53,120 nucleotides of DNA. Source: Candidatus Kapaibacterium sp. (GTDB lineage: Bacteria; Bacteroidota; Ignavibacteria; Palsa-1295). Shown piece after piece: positions 47,699 to 53,120 of this stretch. The DNA is taken from assembly GCA_038240295.1 (NCBI GenBank), contig JBBSDW010000003.1, positions 1-53,120 on the forward strand, read 5' to 3'. The notes beneath the pieces are model-generated. The model searched no databases. It saw nothing but the letters and a program-made list of their open reading frames with translations, and had not been told where the DNA came from. Every line of letters begins with the position of its first letter. Position 1 is the stretch's first letter. A program made the position numbers and the translations under genes.

Positions 47699-47782
47699 TG
47701 CCCGAAGCGAGACTCGAACTCGCATGGCCTCACGACCACTGCCTCCTGAAGACAGCGTGTCTACCAATTTCACCATCCGGGC
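47699..47782 (-). tRNA. tRNA-Leu(CAG), CCA not encoded
   Basis: Acceptor GCCCGGA/TTCGGGC, D-loop TGGTAGAC, anticodon loop TTCAGGA, long variable arm, GTTCGAG T-loop. Confidence 0.95.
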
Positions 47783-47927
47783 ATTGAAATGAGCGCTTCT
47801 CAAATAACTTCGATCAGCACTAAATTATTTACAGGAGCGTGGAAAACAGCCAGCCTCAACCCCGCGTTCCGCAACAAGTACAAACGCGAGTGCTGCTGAC
47901 GCTGCGGGCATATTCGCGCCGTTCGCG

Positions 47928-48503
47928 CTACTTGGGCGTGTAATTCACTACATTCATTGCCTTCTCTGCGCCCTGATCGATGACGGCGAAGCAGGCTTCT
48001 TCGCTTCGCTGAAGCATCTCGCTTAAGAATGTTTGATCGTTCGGACCAAATCTTCCGAGTACATATCGGACCTGTTCACCGCGCCGAAAATCGGAGCCTA
48101 CGCCTAAACGCAAACGCACGAAATCTTTTGTAGCCAGTTCGTAGATGATCGAGGTTAGTCCGTTGTGACCTCCGTCCGAACCTGTCAGCCGCAATCGCAA
48201 CGCACCCAGCGGGATCGCGATGTCATCGCATATAATAAGCAAGTCGCTGACTTCGGTTTTGTAAAACTGCATCACCTGCCGAACGGCGCGACCTGAAAGA
48301 TTCATAAATGTCGTCGGCTTCACGAGCACCACATCCTCATCGCGCCAGGCGCCTTTGGCGAAATAAAAATCACCCTTGCCCGCTTTCCATCCTGTCGAAC
48401 GCGAAAGCCTCGGCTCGACACGATCGACAGCATCGAAGCCGATATTGTGCCGCGTACCTTCGTATTCCCTGCCGACATTTCCGAGACCAACGATGATCTT
48501 CAT
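47928..48503 (-). CDS. pth: Peptidyl-tRNA hydrolase
   Basis: IVGLGNVG..Y..TRHNIGF, KPTTFMNLSG, GSDGGHNGL, RLRLGVG. Confidence 0.97.
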   Translation of the reverse strand: MKIIVGLGNVGREYEGTRHNIGFDAVDRVEPRLSRSTGWKAGKGDFYFAKGAWRDEDVVLVKPTTFMNLSGRAVRQVMQFYKTEVSDLLIICDDIAIPLGALRLRLTGSDGGHNGLTSIIYELATKDFVRLRLGVGSDFRRGEQVRYVLGRFGPNDQTFLSEMLQRSEEACFAVIDQGAEKAMNVVNYTPK

Positions 48504-48593
48504 GGATCTTCACGAATTAGCTGCTAAAAAAACTCGTATCCACCGAAGTGAATACGAGTCTGTAAAACTACCACGAAAGTGAAAACCTGATGA

Positions 48594-49226
48594 TCAGGCT
48601 TCCTCTTCCTTCTTACCCTTCGCCTGAATCTGCTCAGGTTCGGTGATCGCCGGTGCTGCGGCAGTATCATCCGCTGCCTGCTTCGGCGGAACACACGCGA
48701 CGATGACCGCGCTTGGCTCGCCCATGATCGTATAGGTCGGATGCTCCGCAAGATCTTTGACGTGGATCGAGTGACCAATCTTGAGATCTTTGATATCGAC
48801 ATCGATATGTTCCGGAATATCGTCCGGTAAACATTCGACTTGAAGCTTGTGAATAACGGTGTCGATGATTCCGCCATCGCGAACTCCGATCGCCGTGCCC
48901 GAAATAACAACCGGAACGTCAACCTTGATCTTTTCGCCCGCATGGAGCGCGACAAGATCGATGTGGCGCACGCGATCGGTCACCGGATTGAACTGCACCT
49001 CACGAAGAATGCAGGAGGTCGATTTGCCATCGATCGTAAGGCTGATCGTGTGCGTTTCCTGCGTGTAAATGAGCGGCCGAAGCGCAAGCTCCTTGACGTG
49101 AAAGGGAATCGCTGGCTCACCGTGACCATAAATAACACCCGGGACGCGGCCCTGCCGGCGAAGTACCTCTGCGGATGAACCGCCGAGCTTCTCTCTCTTT
49201 TCTGCTGCTAACTGAATCGTTGCCAT
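48594..49226 (-). CDS. rplY: 50S ribosomal protein L25 / general stress protein Ctc
   Basis: LRRQGRVPGVIYG, EVQFNPV..RHIDL, VPVVISG.A.GVRDGG, IHVKDL. Confidence 0.95.
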   Translation of the reverse strand: MATIQLAAEKREKLGGSSAEVLRRQGRVPGVIYGHGEPAIPFHVKELALRPLIYTQETHTISLTIDGKSTSCILREVQFNPVTDRVRHIDLVALHAGEKIKVDVPVVISGTAIGVRDGGIIDTVIHKLQVECLPDDIPEHIDVDIKDLKIGHSIHVKDLAEHPTYTIMGEPSAVIVACVPPKQAADDTAAAPAITEPEQIQAKGKKEEEA

Positions 49227-49491
49227 CGTAGTATCAAATCAGCTCTCGCATACTTGCGTTAGCGATCAATCGACTGTTGCGTTCGATCCGCTAAGTAGTA
49301 CCCAACGAGCGTTGGTTTGGTCGCCTTCGAAAATTTTCCGAACGCATCTCCTAAAAAATTGCGACCCTATAACCGCAATTGCCCCCGCAAAGCTCCTTAC
49401 TTTTCAGCTTAATATTTGAGATCGCCATTCCACCATAATTGTCTGTTTCTGGATTGGGAGCTATCTCATTCGCGGCAAACGTTAGCCAAGT

Positions 49492-50097
49492 ATGCAACAG
49501 CGAACGTTCGTCAAATTATTCCTGTGCGCCGCCGTTGGCTGCGCCACACTTTTTTCTTGCCATAGCACCGCGAACGCGCGGTTGGGCGAGCATTGGTCCA
49601 AAACCCGACACGAAGGTTTCATGCTTTTTTTCAAGTATGATTCGATAATAACGTTCTCAGGCGGCAAGCTTATGCTTCATCCGTGGTCTAAGCATTATGC
49701 AAAGACGCTCGGACTTCAGGTAACGCTCGGCGCAGATAGCGTTGTCACAGGTCTTGAACTTTCGATCGACCGGGCGTCGCTTGAGTCCGACTGGATGGGC
49801 CTCCGCGATATTGCAAAAAACTTCCTGCGAGAAGAGATCGACCTTCGCGATTCCGCCGTGATCGATACGCTTGCTAACGAGATCGAGTTCGTGCTCGATA
49901 AAGAAGTCAATTATGGCGGCGGAGTCCCTCCGCTTCCCGCAACGCCCACCCAGGACTACGCTGCATTTCTCGGACAAAAAGAAACAGCGACCGACGATTT
50001 ACCCCACACCCGCCTCACGCTTCACAACATCGACGCGACCGAACCAAAGATACTCTTGATCTCAATGACGGTCGGTACGCTGGCGGGTCCTCGTTAG
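49492..50097 (+). CDS. Hypothetical exported/lipoprotein
   Basis: Signal-like N-terminus ending TLFS-C; 201 aa with normal composition; no family recognised. Confidence 0.6.
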   Translation: MQQRTFVKLFLCAAVGCATLFSCHSTANARLGEHWSKTRHEGFMLFFKYDSIITFSGGKLMLHPWSKHYAKTLGLQVTLGADSVVTGLELSIDRASLESDWMGLRDIAKNFLREEIDLRDSAVIDTLANEIEFVLDKEVNYGGGVPPLPATPTQDYAAFLGQKETATDDLPHTRLTLHNIDATEPKILLISMTVGTLAGPR

Positions 50098-50098
50098 C

Positions 50099-50578
50099 GA
50101 TCAAAAATACTCGCAGTCTCGAGTGAGTTTTTGATCCGGATGTTTTTCCTTGTTTTTGGCAGTCGATGGGGCAAGCTAAAGCGTGCCCCACAATGTGTGC
50201 ATTGTGCTTTTTAGGCAGGGAGATAAAAAAAGCGCTTCGGCGTATCGCGAGTGGTGAGAGAAATTGGTCCTCCCTTTGTGAAACTCATCGAGACCTCCGA
50301 AGCGCCCCTCTCGTTCAATAATGCCTCCCTGGTCAAGGAGAGGCAACTCGTGTGATTGGCGGTTCTTTGTACCGCTGCATCGCGTCTTAACACGATGCAA
50401 AATCTGTTTTCAATGTCTAAGGTCAATTCCGATGAAAGGACCTGCCGTTCTTCGCGACGCGAAATTAACACAATCAAAGAAAGAATTGGTTCGCGTTCTT
50501 TAAAAAATCGAAAGTTTTTTTATGCTTGCCGTTTTGAGCCTTTAAAACGGCGATGCTCCTCAAAGGATGAGGAGCATC
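50099..50578. other. Hairpin-dense intergenic region; candidate ncRNA plus terminators
   Basis: Stems at 50099-50136, 50167-50190, 50232-50305, 50322-50345, 50359-50375, 50376-50399, 50528-50551, 50552-50578. Confidence 0.45.
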
Positions 50579-50601
50579 AGAGCGATTGGAATTTGTTGGA
50601 C

Positions 50602-51213
50602 TTAGTGATCGACCGCGTCCATCTTCGTGACCATGTGACGGCCGTATGTATCGTACCAGTTCGAGACGGCAGCGTAGTTCTGAAGATTGTTCTCTTCATA
50701 GTACGAGTACTGCAGGTCGGTCTGCTGAATGAACGTCGGGTCGAGCATGCGAAGCAGCTGTGCCGTTCCTCTGAACAAGCGGTTCCCCGCTTTGTCGTGA
50801 AATACGCGTGGCTCGGCAAACGAGACGATCCAGTCGGCACCAGACTTACGTGCGAACTCCTCAAGCTTCGAAACAAGCACCGTCGGATCCTGATCCTGAA
50901 CGGTCACTTCACCAACTACGATCGCGCTTCTCGGCATGATCGAGTCAGGCATCGGCTCATGATAAGTAAGCTGAATGGTGTCGTTCGTTTTCGGAAGCAC
51001 GAATGGCGTCATTGGCGTGAAGATCACGCTATCGAGATTGTTCGCTTCGACGATCCTGCTTTTCGCATCCACCGGCTTCAGCTGAAAATATTGAGCGCTG
51101 GCGGACGTCACGGCAAGCGTCGAGATCGCTAAAGCGAAGAACGCTGCAGCAATGCCGCGTATTGCCTTCGGACGTAATGTTGCGCGAGTGATTCCTGCGT
51201 GTTGGTCTTTCAT
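50602..51213 (-). CDS. Hypothetical secreted protein
   Basis: Signal ...ASA-Q; VGEVTV...LEEFARKSGADWIV resembles YbjQ/DUF4156-like folds. Start is 51213 or 51234. Confidence 0.65.
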   Translation of the reverse strand: MKDQHAGITRATLRPKAIRGIAAAFFALAISTLAVTSASAQYFQLKPVDAKSRIVEANNLDSVIFTPMTPFVLPKTNDTIQLTYHEPMPDSIMPRSAIVVGEVTVQDQDPTVLVSKLEEFARKSGADWIVSFAEPRVFHDKAGNRLFRGTAQLLRMLDPTFIQQTDLQYSYYEENNLQNYAAVSNWYDTYGRHMVTKMDAVDH

Positions 51214-51696
51214 ATTCAGCCTCTCGATCTTCATTGCATTACCGGATGTCCGATGAGCCGCGAGCACTTCGCATTTCGAATCGTCCGGTCAAACCGTCTC
51301 AATATTTTTCCGTCTTTGTTCCCTGATTAAGTACTGGTCTTCGTGGCCTAGTAAGAATGCGTATCAAAAGATGCGCACTGCTACACCAATGTCCACATCC
51401 ATACCATTCGCCTGTCCAAACAGACTTTCGAGCGCTTGGAACGGCAGCTTCAACATAAAACTCATCGTACAAACCCTTTAATTCAACACTCTTCCCCATA
51501 TCCTCACACATCCCTGATTGGCCCATGTTTGGCTCATTGGCATCATGGTGGATCTTGCGAACAAGATTTGCCAAACTATTCTTCATGAATGTTCGTATTA
51601 CGCGCACTACTTGTGAGCGCTCGATCTTCGGGCGCTTGCTCGAATGTTGCTGCGCTGAGCATTCGGGTTTTTCGAGGTTCCAATTTATACGTTTCA

Positions 51697-52437
51697 ATGA
51701 GTTTTCTTTATACTACCTGGTGGGGACCGATCCTGTTTGTGGTCGTCTGCGGCCACCTTACGATCATGTGTACCTCCCTCTTCATGCACCGCTCGATGTC
51801 GCATCAGGGGGTCGAGTTTCATCCTGCGCTCCAATGGGCGATGCGCTGGTGGTTGTGGATCTTTAGCGGAATGTCGACACGTCAATGGGTTGCGGTGCAC
51901 AGAAAGCATCATGCATTCTGCGAAACCGAGGACGATCCGCATTCTCCGGTCATTCATGGCTGGGCGCAGATCCTCTTTTTTGGCGTCAAGTATTATAGGA
52001 ACGCCTATCAGGACGAAGAAACGATGGAGAAGTTCACGAAGGGCTGCCCCAACGATTTCATCGAACGACGAATTTTCATTCCTCACAAGATGCTTGGCCT
52101 CGTAATGCTTCTGCTCATCGATGTGCTCATCTTTGGATTTTGGGTCGGACCGATCGTATGGCTAGGCAATGTACTCTGGGTACCGTTCTGGGCGGCGGGT
52201 GTCGTCAACGGACTCGGTCACGTCATCGGCTACCGCAACTTCAAAGTTCGCGATGCAAGCCGCAATTTGATCCCGCTCGGCGTGCTGCTCTCAGGCGAGG
52301 AGCTTCACAACAATCACCACAAATATCCGGCAAGCGCAAAGTTCTCGAAAAAGTGGTTCGAGTTCGATATGGGCTGGCTCTACATCCAGGCATTCCGACT
52401 CTTCGGTCTGGCACGAGTCAAGGTAGTGCACGAGTGA
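51697..52437 (+). CDS. Fatty acid (delta-9-type) desaturase
   Basis: His boxes HRSMSH, HRKHH, HNNHH; DDPHSP; KWFEFDMGW. Confidence 0.92.
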   Translation: MSFLYTTWWGPILFVVVCGHLTIMCTSLFMHRSMSHQGVEFHPALQWAMRWWLWIFSGMSTRQWVAVHRKHHAFCETEDDPHSPVIHGWAQILFFGVKYYRNAYQDEETMEKFTKGCPNDFIERRIFIPHKMLGLVMLLLIDVLIFGFWVGPIVWLGNVLWVPFWAAGVVNGLGHVIGYRNFKVRDASRNLIPLGVLLSGEELHNNHHKYPASAKFSKKWFEFDMGWLYIQAFRLFGLARVKVVHE

Positions 52438-52455
52438 GTGCTGAGTGCTGAGTAA
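52435..52455 (+). repeat. 3 heptamers starting at the desaturase stop
   Basis: tgagtgc tgagtgc tgagtaa, the same motif as at 27536. Confidence 0.65.
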
Positions 52456-52460
52456 ATTTG

Positions 52461-52492
52461 AAATCGGCGTCTTCGACGCCGATTTTTTTTTT
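52461..52492 (+). terminator. Rho-independent terminator
   Basis: AAATCGGCGTC-TTC-GACGCCGATTT with a 10-T run (52483-52492). Confidence 0.92.
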
Positions 52493-52494
52493 AC

Positions 52495-52641
52495 GTAGGT
52501 CGGGTTTCAACCCGACCTCGAATCCCTCAAAAGCGAAAGACCTCGGCTTCAAGATCCATCCCAAAGACGAACCGATCCGCCGCGCCACCATCGCGATCGG
52601 AATAAATTCCGACCTACGTAGGTCGGGTTTCAACCCGACCT
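52495..52641. repeat. Cluster of three GTAG-type REPs
   Basis: GTAGGTCGGGTTTCAACCCGACCT at 52495 and 52618 (+); variant GTAGGTCGGAATTTATTCCGA at 52597-52617 (-). Confidence 0.88.
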
Positions 52642-52691
52642 CGAATCTCAAAAATGCGTAACTGCCTACTTCAAGCACCTCCTTTTTATAT

Positions 52692-52827
52692 GGTCATTCT
52701 GAGCCCGGCGAAGAATCTTACCTCTCGCCTGCATCGATTTATGACTTCGAGCACGAGCCCGACCCCAATTGAACTTCAACAGCCAGCCAAACCGACCATA
52801 AGATCCTTCGCCGGGCTCAGGATGACC
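52692..52827. repeat. CGTC-type REP pair (GTCATTCTGAGC..GCGAAGAATCT class)
   Basis: ggtcattctgagcccggcgaagaatctta (52692-52720) and taagatccttcgccgggctcaggatgacc (52799-52827). Confidence 0.88.
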
Positions 52828-53120
52828 GGTCCCAATCACGCTTGGAGCGGCACACATTGGGGCAACCGAAAAATAAATCGTGTGGAGTCAAGCGCCGCTT
52901 GACTGTCTTTCCGTTGGATTGAGCAGAGCGCGGTCAGTTGGATTCCAGCTAGCGAAAGCCAACCGTCCTGTGTTACACGTCCAATTGCACGCTCAAAACG
53001 GCAAACAAACCAATCGCCCATCCAACAATCGCAGCAGAATCCAAGAGTGATTTTTCATAGGTCACAACAGATTTGGAGGCATTCGAAAATTGAGTCGCAG
53101 CGGATGGACAAAGGAAACAC

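Noticed and set aside
47635-47739. N-terminal extension of the CDF ORF
   Set aside because: It overlaps the tRNA gene; the real start is downstream.
47699-47782. tRNA-Leu as an integration site for an island
   Set aside because: No integrase and no duplicated tRNA 3' end seen; the flanking genes are housekeeping.
209-50876. Long antisense or alternate-frame ORFs (e.g. 209..1093, 5480..6391, 34252..35040, 38824..39684, 50356..51132)
   Set aside because: Shadow ORFs of well-supported genes in GC-rich DNA, with no motifs of their own.
51299-51697. 132-aa minus-strand ORF between divergent genes
   Set aside because: No family recognised and it occupies the promoter region; it could be a remnant but I cannot support that.

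Overview
GC-rich chromosomal window, most likely from an FCB-group bacterium such as Kapabacteria or Ignavibacteria (inference from T9SS C-terminal sorting domains, a TTG-N19-TAnnTTTG promoter, futalosine-pathway mqnD and a TonB receptor). About 45 genes plus tRNA-Leu(CAG). No CRISPR array, integrase, prophage or intact transposase is visible. Housekeeping genes include tdh, mqnD, recJ, yebC, ruvX, relA/spoT, tatD, pth and rplY. Main points: (1) a five-gene chaperone-usher-like pilus locus with three DUF4402 pilins, two of them twin paralogues with an N-terminal CxxC, probably driven by a promoter with a ~360-nt leader; (2) a translationally coupled mutT-mutY-ogg2 cluster, i.e. all three 8-oxoG defence activities with archaeal-type Ogg2 in the role of Fpg; (3) an unsaturated-uronate operon with no KDG kinase but an RraA-type aldolase; (4) TatD fused in frame to a signal peptide and a beta-barrel protein interrupted by one amber codon; (5) eight stop/frameshift lesions confined to four envelope-protein genes; (6) many small repeats: a 5-unit array of paired REPs with stem covariation, GTAG and three CGTC-type REP classes, and heptamer repeats at gene ends; (7) a hairpin-dense 500-bp intergenic region. 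All calls come from reading motifs by eye; no database search was run.
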